From Dehalococcoidia bacterium (GTDB taxonomy: Bacteria > Chloroflexota > Dehalococcoidia > Lucifugimonadales > UBA3495), in the NCBI GenBank assembly GCA_963692995.1, contig OY843611.1:2874440-2938439 (forward strand): 64,000 bases of DNA. The letters run 5' to 3'. Below are positions 7,108 to 16,057 of the stretch, piece by piece. Positions within the stretch are counted from its first letter, which is position 1; each line of letters begins with the position of its first letter. The notes under the pieces were generated by a model. That model saw only the letters and a program-made list of their open reading frames with translations. It made no database searches and had not been told where the DNA came from. The position numbers and the translations under genes were made by a program.

Positions 7108-9813
7108 TTAGCCGTACAACGGTCCAAACTCCGCGACGCTAACGCCGAAAATCCCCACCGGCGCGTCCGCAGTATTCCCCACGTCGCCCCGGTAGATCAC
7201 CCGCTGGCCGACTAGCGCGTCGCTGCTTGCGCCGCCCCAGGCCACAACGCGGCCGTCGGCAGCGCAAAACCGCGCCGCCCCGGTATCGTCCGCGGTCACC
7301 CAGTAAGCCTCGTCCGCAATCAAGGCGCCGTCCGGCTCCGTCGTGTAACCCGATAGCCAAGTCGGCTCCGCAACTCCGGAACCGTAAAAAGCCCGCAGCT
7401 CCGCTTCCGGCAAACTGAGCGCCGTCCGCTGCGCCGCAACGCTGAACTCAGCGTCTGGGCCTAACTGCGCAACTTGCAAGGCGGCGACCCTCAGCCACGC
7501 CGCCAGGGTCTCCCCCGGCGCCGCGCCTAAAGTCGTCATCTCCTGGTTCCAGGCCAGCATTAACCGCCGCTCCAGCTCAACCGTTTCCCGGTCAATGGCC
7601 TCAGTCCGGTGCTTGCGCTTCGCCCAGGCCATCGTTTTCTGCCGATTAACCCGCGCTTTGCGACGCCAGGCTAAACTCCATAGCGCCCGCCGGTCTCCGT
7701 GGGCCAGGCGCGCCGACGCCAGCAGTTCCTCGGCCAACGGATGCGTCAGCCAGCGCAGCGGCCCGTTGCTGAGGCGCTGCCGCGCCAGCTGGGCCCGGCG
7801 CATGCGCCGTCCCGCCAACGCTCCCCCCTGCCGCAGTTCCGCGACCCGGGGATCCTCGGCGTAACGCGGCTGAAAAGGCCGCTCTACTCCGTAACGCTCC
7901 TGCCAGGCGGCCGCGATTACTTCCCAGCGCACCCGCAACGCCGGCCGCCAGGCCGACGCGCCCTGGGCAATCTTTTGGCAAATTACGTCCAATAGCCCGG
8001 CAATCACCGGCGCCGCGTCGCCTTCGCCCTTCGTGGTCGTATCCAGGATGTCCGAAAAGGACGTCTTGCTCTCCGCAGGATCAAACCAGCCGCAAGCCAG
8101 CAAAATGCTCTGCAAATGACAAGTCAACCCCGTTTGCCCGACCAAAGGCAGGTTCCGCGCCGTATTCGCCAGCTGTCGGTCTTCGTCCCAATCAAATTGC
8201 GTCGGCGCAACCGCCGCCGGATGATAAACGTCCGCTTGCCGCGCCAAGTCCGGCCAAGCCGCCCCTTCCTGCCGCAATCCGTAAGCCCAAGCCCCGGTTC
8301 GCGCCATCAGCAAACGGGCGTCTTCCGACGTCAAACGCTTCAGCAAGCTGCACCCCGGATCCCGGGGCAAACGCCAGATCAGCAGACGCCAGTCCGCCGG
8401 AGCGCGCTCCGTCAGTACCCACTCAACTCGGTCGTCGTTGTCGTGACCGCCCAGCAAAGCGCGGGCTGCGTCGTTCTCCGCCGCGTTGAAGCCAATGCCG
8501 GCCAGCTGCGGCCCGCGCCAGCGCAAGCCAGCGTAACCGGCCGCCGGAGCTTCCTGCCCGACGTGGGCCGGACAATACAGATAAGCCGTGCCGCCCGAAA
8601 GCATCACGTTGGGAAAGTCCGGGTAATTACGCCTTTCCAAACTCTTTTGTTGCCGCAAGCCCGGAGGCCGCAACAGCGTCCAGACCAGCGGACTGGCCCA
8701 GGGACTGCCGCCGCCGGCTTCCAATGCCGTCAATAACGGCGCGTCCCGCTCCAGCCATTCCAGTCGACGCAGTACGTCCGCCTTTTCTCGCCAGGGCAAG
8801 TTCCAGTCGGTTTCCGACGGAGGCGCCAACGCTTCCGCCAATTCTTCCCGGACTGCGCCAGTCGGCGCGTCCAGCAACTCCCGCAACCACGTCGTGTTTT
8901 CACACTGGCCTACTACGTTATGCACCGCGCTGATCTCAGCCGCGTCTAGGTGATGCAATACCGGCTCCTGACCCTGAAACCAGGACAAGGCCCGCAAACT
9001 GCCGCGGGGCCGCTTGGTCGGCGTCGCATTTACGCTAATCAGCGTAACGCGATCCGAGGTCAGCTCACCGCGCACCGCGCAGGCGGCCGTTACCAGGTCG
9101 CAGTCGCCGTGGGGCCACTCCCGGTCCGGGATGATGATGTAGTTCCCTTTGATGTATTCCTCGCCGACGATTTTCAGCTGCAACTGGTCCGCGTGGTCAA
9201 TCAGCGACTCCGCCACTCCGCTGCCGGTCAGCAGCGCCAGCGCGGCCTTTTCGCGGATCGCCCCGCCGCCATCGTCGTGTTCCAGTTCCGCTTTGCTATA
9301 GCCGACGCGCAGATAATTGCCTTCGCCGATCCATAACTCGCCGGGCGGCGACGGACGCGGGGACAGCAACTGTCCGTGGGCCGTCGAAAGCAGACTGCCC
9401 AGCCGTTTGTTGGCTTGACTGCCCGGCGCGCCGCTTTTGATGCGGAGGCCGTAGTGGGCCGCCAGGCCGGCCGCGTCCAGATCGGCGTGTTCGCCCACGG
9501 CGATTACCCCGTGGCTGGCGTTAATTCGCGCCGCATAAACCCGCCGGTTCGCATCCTCGCCCAGCCAGGAGGCCAGGTCCGTCGGAATGGCTTCGGCGCA
9601 GTCCGGCGTTACCGTGATCAGCAGCGGGTGGCGAATGCCCCGCTCCGCCGCCATTTTGAAGAACATCGCGTTGTTATGCAGGCCGACGCTTCCCGACCAC
9701 GTAGTAGTGAACCACGGGCCGGATACGGTCTTGACCAGCCCTTTCGCTACCATCTCCCAGAGGGGACGGCAGCGCAGTACCCATTCCAAATTCTCAGTTT
9801 TGATGATTTCCAT
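7108..9813 (-). CDS. large protein of unknown function (901 aa); possible divergent two-barrel (YonO / cellular RdRP-like) polymerase
   Basis: The track ORF 7108..10212 was trimmed to the ATG at 9813 (MEIIKTENLEW), which is preceded by AAGGAG. In-order motifs are QLKIVGEEYIKGNYIIIPD (9124-9186), then GGTAYLYCPAHVGQE, then LLGGHDNDDRVEWVL (within 8410-8595). These resemble my recollection of the RdRP/YonO signatures QIRyGGyKGvvavdP, vlvaRnPclhPGD and sGsDlDGD. No alignment was run. Confidence 0.8.
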   Translation of the reverse strand: MEIIKTENLEWVLRCRPLWEMVAKGLVKTVSGPWFTTTWSGSVGLHNNAMFFKMAAERGIRHPLLITVTPDCAEAIPTDLASWLGEDANRRVYAARINASHGVIAVGEHADLDAAGLAAHYGLRIKSGAPGSQANKRLGSLLSTAHGQLLSPRPSPPGELWIGEGNYLRVGYSKAELEHDDGGGAIREKAALALLTGSGVAESLIDHADQLQLKIVGEEYIKGNYIIIPDREWPHGDCDLVTAACAVRGELTSDRVTLISVNATPTKRPRGSLRALSWFQGQEPVLHHLDAAEISAVHNVVGQCENTTWLRELLDAPTGAVREELAEALAPPSETDWNLPWREKADVLRRLEWLERDAPLLTALEAGGGSPWASPLVWTLLRPPGLRQQKSLERRNYPDFPNVMLSGGTAYLYCPAHVGQEAPAAGYAGLRWRGPQLAGIGFNAAENDAARALLGGHDNDDRVEWVLTERAPADWRLLIWRLPRDPGCSLLKRLTSEDARLLMARTGAWAYGLRQEGAAWPDLARQADVYHPAAVAPTQFDWDEDRQLANTARNLPLVGQTGLTCHLQSILLACGWFDPAESKTSFSDILDTTTKGEGDAAPVIAGLLDVICQKIAQGASAWRPALRVRWEVIAAAWQERYGVERPFQPRYAEDPRVAELRQGGALAGRRMRRAQLARQRLSNGPLRWLTHPLAEELLASARLAHGDRRALWSLAWRRKARVNRQKTMAWAKRKHRTEAIDRETVELERRLMLAWNQEMTTLGAAPGETLAAWLRVAALQVAQLGPDAEFSVAAQRTALSLPEAELRAFYGSGVAEPTWLSGYTTEPDGALIADEAYWVTADDTGAARFCAADGRVVAWGGASSDALVGQRVIYRGDVGNTADAPVGIFGVSVAEFGPLYG

Positions 9814-9935
9814 TTTTCGGCTCCTTTTACGGCGACCGTAAAAAAATGAGACCGTAGCGCAATGGCTACGATCTCCGTTTGCTGGGTTGACTGGTGTTGG
9901 GTGGGTTGGGTTGGGTTGTATTGGCCGGGGTCGGA

Positions 9936-10247
9936 TCAGCGGGGCAGCGGCGCCGGGATCAGCTGCTGATCCCGTTCCCACTGCTGCGCTTGCCGTTCCG
10001 CTTTTCCCGCGTTCCAGTTTCCGATTATTCCCGCCGCGCCAAATTGCAGGGCGGGCAGCGCCACCAGAAACAGGAGCAGCGCAATGAATACGCGACGCTT
10101 GCCGTTGCGCCGGAATAGCTTCCAGCACAACCAGCCCAGCGGCCGCAGCGCAAGGCGCAAGACCCCGCCGACTAGGCGCGGCAAACGCCCCGCGTTGACG
10201 GTTAAGCCCCACAAAATGAGGCGGATGATAGACAGGATTGGTGACAT
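9936..10247 (-). CDS. small membrane protein (103 aa)
   Basis: ATG at 10247 (MSPILSIIRLILWG...) is preceded by GGAGA. Hydrophobic segments include VFIALLLFLVALPALQF. The longer track ORF (to 10400) looks like an upstream run-on. Confidence 0.55.
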   Translation of the reverse strand: MSPILSIIRLILWGLTVNAGRLPRLVGGVLRLALRPLGWLCWKLFRRNGKRRVFIALLLFLVALPALQFGAAGIIGNWNAGKAERQAQQWERDQQLIPAPLPR

Positions 10248-10300
10248 GACGGTTCTCCGTGTCTGCTGCCAGTTCAATTGGTTCTCGCAGCGACGGTTTC

Positions 10301-10993
10301 TTACAGAATCACGCCGCTTGCGGCTTTCGGTTCCGGCGGGGACGCCACGGACTGCGCCGGCAGACGAAAGAAGCGCCGCAGGCCAGCCTCGACTCGCCAC
10401 GACGATTTTTCGCCGACGTAACGACGCAGCGCTTTGCGCTCCTCACGACAAATCCGATCCTTTACCCGGCGCAGTTTCGCCGGCATGCGGGATCCGGCCT
10501 TGGGATCGTGCATGGAACGCAATGCCGCGCTGAGCAATCTTTGAACCAGTTCCATTCTTTGCTCTTCCGATAAGTCTGCAACCTGGCCGCAGTGATACAA
10601 ACTGGACCAAACCTCGCCCTGCCGGTTTTTCCAGCCGGGCAGCGCGATGCCGTCCAGCAGATCGCTGTTCTGTTTCACTTCGCTGACGCTGAACTCCCCC
10701 AGCGGCCCGAAACCGTCGGATACCCGACGGCGAACCCGGTGGGACAGCGTGATCAGCCGGCCGTCCGCAGCGCAGACTTCCGGATGAACGGTGGACGTGA
10801 ATGGGGTTTCCCAGAGGGCGGCGATCAATCCCAGGGGGCTAACCCGCAGGGTTCGCTCCACCAGGCAATCCCGCGCCAGCCAGCGCTGGCCCGTTAGCGC
10901 CAGCGCCGCCGTCGGCGCCGCCGCGATCCGGTCGGGATAGTCGGGACTGATAATGCCCTGTTCCAGCATTCGATCAAAGTTCCAGCGGTTCAT
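10301..10993 (-). CDS. hypothetical protein (230 aa)
   Basis: ORF with GAGGAG upstream of the ATG. GC3 bias is present. No family recognised. Confidence 0.6.
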   Translation of the reverse strand: MNRWNFDRMLEQGIISPDYPDRIAAAPTAALALTGQRWLARDCLVERTLRVSPLGLIAALWETPFTSTVHPEVCAADGRLITLSHRVRRRVSDGFGPLGEFSVSEVKQNSDLLDGIALPGWKNRQGEVWSSLYHCGQVADLSEEQRMELVQRLLSAALRSMHDPKAGSRMPAKLRRVKDRICREERKALRRYVGEKSSWRVEAGLRRFFRLPAQSVASPPEPKAASGVIL

Positions 10994-11114
10994 CGCTTTA
11001 CTCCTCTTGATAGTCGGCAGCCGGCCCCGAAACCCCCAGGGGCCGGAGCCGGCTGCAATGACCCGTAATCAGCGCGGGCCGCGCTCGGTTGTCAGTCAGG
11101 CCACGGGTTTCCGC

Positions 11115-11360
11115 TCAGCACAGGGCGTCTTCTCCGCAGTAGCAAACCGCGGAGCTTACTCCGTAGCATTCGGTGTGGATCGCGGCGCCGCAGCGGCCGC
11201 AGTTCAGGCGGTCTTCGTATCCGATGATGGTCTCGTCGCAATAGCCGCAGGCGTCCGCTGCCTCCGTCGCGGCGCGGCGGCTGAGCCGCTGCATCGCTTG
11301 GCAGCGGCGCACCGGCGCGGGCGCCAACGCGGGCAGTTCCATGGGGTATGCGTAGGTCAT
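11115..11360 (-). CDS. small Cys-rich zinc-finger-like protein (81 aa)
   Basis: AAGGAGAA upstream of the ATG. Cys pattern CGYCDE...CGRCGAAIHTEC...CYC. Confidence 0.6.
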   Translation of the reverse strand: MTYAYPMELPALAPAPVRRCQAMQRLSRRAATEAADACGYCDETIIGYEDRLNCGRCGAAIHTECYGVSSAVCYCGEDALC

Positions 11361-11459
11361 GGGAGTTCTCCTTTTGGAGGGTCAAAAGGGCAAAGGCCGC
11401 AGCGAAACATTTCGCCGCGGCCTTTCAGGTGAGCGGATTCGGTGGGGATATTCAGTACA

Positions 11460-11657
11460 TTAGATTTTTGGCCAGAAGGCCAGCGCTCCATAGGTCAACG
11501 GCAGCGCGGCGATTCCCAAACCCAGGGCAATGCCCAGTATCCAGGCGACTCGCCGACGCTGGCGTCGCTCCAAGGACTGCCGGCGCCGTTCCTGGCGATA
11601 TTCGTTTTCGAGAAAACTACCGGCGCTGCCGTTGCCGACGTTGCCAATGCGTATCAT
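11460..11657 (-). CDS. small membrane protein (65 aa)
   Basis: ATG at 11657 (MIRIGNVGNG...) follows AGGAG. A C-terminal TM segment reads VAWILGIALGLGIAALPL. Confidence 0.5.
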   Translation of the reverse strand: MIRIGNVGNGSAGSFLENEYRQERRRQSLERRQRRRVAWILGIALGLGIAALPLTYGALAFWPKI

Positions 11658-11808
11658 GGTAAGCTCCTGGTGATTCGGTTCAGTAGTTGGCAAATTTCTT
11701 TTCAGTGTCAGATTTCGTTATTCGGTTTTTAACGGACTCCTGACGCTCCGCGTCAAGCCCACGCCGCCGGACGGCGGGAGACGCGGTTCCGCTGCTGGTT
11801 TCAGTTCA

Positions 11809-11851
11809 GAAAAAATGGCCGAAGCGACTCCGTGGGGAGTTCGCTTCGGCC
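11809..11851 (-). terminator. rho-independent terminator downstream of the 314-aa gene
   Basis: GGCCGAAGCGA(A)CTCC / GGAGTCGCTTCGGCC forms a near-perfect ~15-bp stem (11817-11851). On the minus strand it is followed by TTTTTT (A-run 11810-11815 on the + strand). It sits ~50 nt after the stop at 11901. Confidence 0.75.
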
Positions 11852-11900
11852 ATTGGCCGCTTTTGCCCGGAGCGGGCCGGAAGCCCGACTACGGGCCGTT

Positions 11901-12845
11901 TTAGATGATCTCTACCGTCGGCTCGCGCCGCTGGCTGCGGATCATTTGGAACGGATCGGTCTGGGGGAACGCTAGCGTTCCCGCGATGCTGTAATTTACC
12001 GTGGCTCCCTTGATCTCCGTCTTCCGGTAGAAGACGATCTCGTCAAGAAAACCTTGCAGTACGTCAATGCTGTCAGCTGAACGAGTTACGCCCCGCACGC
12101 TGGCGGCGCGCCGCACCTTGGGGTACGACACCTTGACCACGCTGATGATGACCCCGTTCAGCGAGCCTTGGGCGTCGCGTTGCAAGCCGGGCAGGTCCCC
12201 CATCAGGGACAAGGCCGCCTCCGCCGCTTCCGTTACTGCGGCGTTGTGCGCCGGCAAATGCTCAGGGTCGGGATCGAAAGACTGGTTTTCCAGACGCACC
12301 GGGTCTCGGGTCCGCAGCGCGGCCAGGGTCTGGCCCTCGCTCTCCCAGCCGCCTTCCGCCATGCGTTGCACCGTTTCCAGCGGCAGCTGCAACTTGCCCT
12401 TATTCGGGGTCAAGTCCTGGCTTAGCTTGTAGGGAGAAAAGACGTTGGAGCCGGTTCCCCGCAATTGCACTTCGCCGCTCAAGTCGGGAATTACGCCAAA
12501 GACGGTGATGTTGCGGGCTTTCATCGGGTTGTCCACGTCGTAGAAGTTCAAGGCATTAATGCCCATTACTAGCTCGACGCAGGTGTCAGTGACGGAGTCC
12601 CAGCTGCCGGCGACGGGAGTGTGATTCCAGTCTCGGATCGCCTGCATCCGCAGTCGGTTGAGACTGGCAATCTCCGATGCCCAGGCCGGCGCGCGGAAAA
12701 CAATCTCCGCCACGTTGACCAGGTTCTGCCACCGGGATTCGGGGGTGGACCGGGCGTAGCGATTGCCGTTGCCCCGACCGCCGTTTCCGCCGTTCTGCTC
12801 TGCCATGGCTTCAGCCTCGGCCATTATCTCTTCACGGGTAGCCAT
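11901..12845 (-). CDS. hypothetical protein (314 aa), first gene of a minus-strand operon, with its own terminator
   Basis: GAGGAA upstream of the ATG. The N-terminus has a Gly/Asn-rich patch (QNGGNGGRGNGN). No family recognised. Confidence 0.65.
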   Translation of the reverse strand: MATREEIMAEAEAMAEQNGGNGGRGNGNRYARSTPESRWQNLVNVAEIVFRAPAWASEIASLNRLRMQAIRDWNHTPVAGSWDSVTDTCVELVMGINALNFYDVDNPMKARNITVFGVIPDLSGEVQLRGTGSNVFSPYKLSQDLTPNKGKLQLPLETVQRMAEGGWESEGQTLAALRTRDPVRLENQSFDPDPEHLPAHNAAVTEAAEAALSLMGDLPGLQRDAQGSLNGVIISVVKVSYPKVRRAASVRGVTRSADSIDVLQGFLDEIVFYRKTEIKGATVNYSIAGTLAFPQTDPFQMIRSQRREPTVEII

Positions 12846-13319
12846 TTCAATAATTCCTCACTGCTGGTGTATCGGTTATTGGCCGGCATTATGAGTTTTG
12901 CCGACTTTTCCCTGTTGCGTGTTTCAGTTCCTCCTTGCGATTGACGCCGGTTTTTTCATCAAGTTTGCGCTCACTGGGGAGGGCAGGGACCTGAGGTTGT
13001 CCTTTAATTGTAAGGGACTGTTGCTGACCTTTTGACCGGACTGGTTGAGATAATGCTGTTACATAAGAGAATATGGATAAATATAAGCGTGCAAAAGGGG
13101 TAAATTTTATGGACTTTTTCGGAAGGGAAAAGCGGCTCGGTGGGTTATACTGCTAACCGGTCGCATTCTCCTCGCGGCCATCAAGCCGGTTTCCCGGCGG
13201 CCGCGCACTGCGGCTGCCGGGTTTTTTTGCCCTTCCGGCAGTCGCGGCAGTTCTGGAGCCGGGCCGAGGCCGGGCCGGGCCTGGGTCCGGTTGCCGGCAG
13301 TCCCGACGCCGCTGGTATA
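12846..13319. promoter_or_regulatory. AT-richer divergent intergenic region (likely promoters in both directions), containing one GCTGTTACA site
   Basis: About 470 bp without believable ORFs between divergent genes. G+C is visibly lower, e.g. taagagaatatggataaatataagcgtgc. TGTTACA at 13057-13063 matches the heptamer family of the 32.3-32.9 kb region. Confidence 0.45.
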
Positions 13320-14138
13320 ATGAGATCGCCAATTCGGTTCAGCGCAATGTCCACCGCTTACGCTTACGCCAACGCCCCACGCCGCGCCCTGGCCCGACGC
13401 TTGCAGGATCAAGTCGGCGCCGACACCCTGGCCGAATGCTTGGGCGTGACGCCTGACGCTCTGCCCGACCTGCTGGCCGACGCGGTTCCCTGGCCCAGCG
13501 CAGCCCTGGCCGGACTGGTGCGGCTGGCCCAACGAGTGGATCGGGCCAGCCCGGCGCAACCGGCTCCGCCGCCGGCAGAACCGTCGTCGCAATCGCAACC
13601 GTCTCTGCAATCGCAACCGTCACCGCAACCGCAACCGCCGCCCAACGCCGCGCCGCCGCTGATCTCCAAAGCAGCCCGACAGCAGGACCTCTATCGCCTC
13701 GTCGCCCTGGCCCGCCTGTGGGGCCTCAGCGACCAATTGCCCTTTGATGAATTCTGCCGCCTTCAGGAACTTCTCGCCCAGCTGGAACTGGCCCTGATCT
13801 TGGATTTCGGAGTCAGCGCTCCCCTGCCCGGCGAAAGATGGGACCTGCGCCGCCAGTGGCGGGAGGCCGAAACGCGCCTCAGCCGACTGCGGGAAATCCG
13901 CCAGGCCCGCGCCGCCTGGCAGCGCCGGGGCTGGCGACGCTGGCGGCCGGCCGGCAAACTACCCGATCCCGCCGCTCTGCTGCGCCAACTCATGGCCGAA
14001 GCCGACCGGCTGACCGTCGCCGCCGACGATTGCCCCGGCCCGGCCGGCGGCCTGGTTCTCAACCGCGCCGGCCTGGAGCCAATCCTGCAAGCCCGCTGGC
14101 GACAACCCTCCGCTGGAACCCCCGCAACCGCGCCTTAG
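13320..14138 (+). CDS. hypothetical protein with HTH-like N-terminus and a Pro/Gln/Ser-rich linker
   Basis: Track ORF 13140..14138 trimmed to the ATG at 13320; an alternative ATG lies at 13347, after a TATAAT at 13316-13321. The N-terminus reads ARRLQDQVGADTLAECLGVTPDALPDLL. The linker reads SSQSQPSLQSQPSPQPQPPP. Confidence 0.55.
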   Translation: MRSPIRFSAMSTAYAYANAPRRALARRLQDQVGADTLAECLGVTPDALPDLLADAVPWPSAALAGLVRLAQRVDRASPAQPAPPPAEPSSQSQPSLQSQPSPQPQPPPNAAPPLISKAARQQDLYRLVALARLWGLSDQLPFDEFCRLQELLAQLELALILDFGVSAPLPGERWDLRRQWREAETRLSRLREIRQARAAWQRRGWRRWRPAGKLPDPAALLRQLMAEADRLTVAADDCPGPAGGLVLNRAGLEPILQARWRQPSAGTPATAP

Positions 14139-15244
14139 TCCAGCCAGTCCCGCAGGGACCGCGCCCCCGCTTGCTCCCGCAATAAGCCCAAGGCTCGCGT
14201 CTCAATCTCCGGCAGACGATCCTCGTCAATTCCTATCAGCAGCGCCGTCTCCGCCGGACTGCGCTCCCCTTCCGCCGCCAGGCCGTAGCGCAATCGGATT
14301 ACTTGGGCCTCTAGCTCCGGCAGTCGGTTCAGTAGCCCGTCCATCTCTTGACTCAAGCCGCTGTCCAGACAGTCCGCCATGGTGTGGTCGGCGGCGGCCA
14401 GCAGCCCCGCGTTCCGCTCTTGCTCCGCCGTCTCGTCGTAAAGCAAAGCGTCCAACGATAGCGTCTGCCGGTTCAGCTCCCCCTCGGCCGGCTCCGCCTG
14501 CCGCGCCCGCTCCTGGGTCACCCGCTCGTTCAGATAAATCCCGTAGCCCTGGCGCAGCCCGCCGCGCTTGACCGCCGTCCGAATGTAAAACCGCGCCAGC
14601 GTGCCAAAGCGGTTGCCCCGACGGTGATCGTAACGGTTCAGCGCCTGCAACAGCCCCCAGCGGCCTTCCTGCTCCCGGTCTTCCTGGGGCATATCTCCGC
14701 AGTCGCTCTCCCGGGCGATGCGCTGGATCAGCGGCTCATAGGCTACCAATAACGCTTCCCGACTAGCCTCGGCAGCTTGTCGCCAGCCCCGTCCGTCTTC
14801 CGTTAACGCCGGCTCCAGCCGCCGCAACTCCCGTCGCAACCGCCGTCCATCCCGTGCGCGCTCCGCTAAATCGGACAGCGGCCCAGCCCACTGCGCCGCC
14901 GCCGGCGACAACGCCAGCCGGCATAATGACAATTCCGCCAGCAACTCAAGCGATGGCTCGCTGCCCAAGGCCCGCGCCAGCCGTCGGCTGACGCCGCGAC
15001 TAATGCACCCGTCAATCACATCGGCAACGAAGGGGTCTTCCTGAAAATCGGATACTGTCGGGTTTTCCAGCCAGGGCCGCCGCAATCGGGTCAGCGACCG
15101 GGCGATTAGCCGGCTCCCGGCGATTTCCTCAAGGAGCAGCGCGTTGGCTCCCGCCGGGTCCGGCGCGTCATTCAGCGCGGCGGACAGTTTCCGCGCCACG
15201 GCGATGTTCAGCAAATGACGCTGTTCCGCGGAGTAATCGAGCAT
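14135..15244 (-). CDS. sigma-70 family RNA polymerase sigma factor (369 aa) with an N-terminal extension
   Basis: Region 2-like sequence is EQEGRWGLLQALNRYDHRRGNRFGTLARFYIRTAV. Region 4-like sequence is LPELEAQVIRLRYGL...SPAETALLIGIDEDRLPEIETRALGLLRE. The start was set at the ATG at 15244 (MLDYSAEQ). The 917-aa track ORF upstream of it is antisense run-on. Confidence 0.75.
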   Translation of the reverse strand: MLDYSAEQRHLLNIAVARKLSAALNDAPDPAGANALLLEEIAGSRLIARSLTRLRRPWLENPTVSDFQEDPFVADVIDGCISRGVSRRLARALGSEPSLELLAELSLCRLALSPAAAQWAGPLSDLAERARDGRRLRRELRRLEPALTEDGRGWRQAAEASREALLVAYEPLIQRIARESDCGDMPQEDREQEGRWGLLQALNRYDHRRGNRFGTLARFYIRTAVKRGGLRQGYGIYLNERVTQERARQAEPAEGELNRQTLSLDALLYDETAEQERNAGLLAAADHTMADCLDSGLSQEMDGLLNRLPELEAQVIRLRYGLAAEGERSPAETALLIGIDEDRLPEIETRALGLLREQAGARSLRDWLD

Positions 15245-15394
15245 AGGGCCGGTTTCCGTCGCCGGGGTCTCAGTCCCCGGCATGCGCGTTTGTCCCGGAA
15301 TATACCCTGCGCCCCCGGAACCGCGCAAGGCCGGAGCGTCATCGCCGGCGCAGTCTGTTATCTGCCGGACAGTCGTGAAAGGAGGTCCCGGTTC

Positions 15395-16033
15395 GTGCTG
15401 CGGCCGTTTTTGCTCATCGCCGTCGGTTTCCTGCTGACCCTCGCCCTGGCCGCCTGCGGCGGCGGCGGCCCGTCCAACGATGATGATGATCTGGACCTGG
15501 ATATTGACTTTTCCGTGGAGGGGGGCGTTTTGAGCGTTGACGAAATGCAGGTGCTGGCGCAAAGCCGCCTGGCGCGGGTCGATTTCCTCGTCGGCTGGCT
15601 GACTCTCGCCGAATCCTTTCAGGAAAAGAGCCGCGGCCTGCGCCAGCTCGCCGAGCTGGAACGGACCGGTCTTGACGTGCGTTGGGTACGGCAAGTCCAT
15701 GACCTCAGCCGAAAGAACGACCTGATCTATGCCGAAGCCCAGCGCCTGGCTCCGCCCCAGGAAGCCGGCCAGGCTTACGCCCAACTGCTGGCCGACTTTA
15801 CCGCCGGCGTCGATTCCTTTCACCTGTCCAGCGGAAGATTGCTTGACGCCGCCATCATTTTCGGCCCCGCCTCGCGGGCTTACGACGATCTCAATGCGCT
15901 GGATCAAACGGCTTTCGACTCGGCCCGCCGGCAGGCCCGCTTTTATGAAATGGACGCCGCCCTGCTGCTGCAACGGACCGTAGCCGGACTGGAAGACGCC
16001 ATTGACGCCTTGCAGGTTGGCGACGGGGAATGA
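15395..16033 (+). CDS. lipoprotein (212 aa)
   Basis: GTG at 15395 follows GAAAGGAGG. The signal peptide with lipobox reads LIAVGFLLTLALAAC, followed by an Asp-rich stretch. Confidence 0.65.
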   Translation: MLRPFLLIAVGFLLTLALAACGGGGPSNDDDDLDLDIDFSVEGGVLSVDEMQVLAQSRLARVDFLVGWLTLAESFQEKSRGLRQLAELERTGLDVRWVRQVHDLSRKNDLIYAEAQRLAPPQEAGQAYAQLLADFTAGVDSFHLSSGRLLDAAIIFGPASRAYDDLNALDQTAFDSARRQARFYEMDAALLLQRTVAGLEDAIDALQVGDGE

Positions 16034-16057
16034 TGAACCAAAAGGCCGGAGGCTGCG

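Noticed and set aside
9814-10212. 133-codon N-terminal extension of track ORF 7108..10212 (-).
   Set aside because: It is low-complexity and overlaps the separate small membrane gene 9936..10247. A strong AAGGAG-ATG start exists at 9813.
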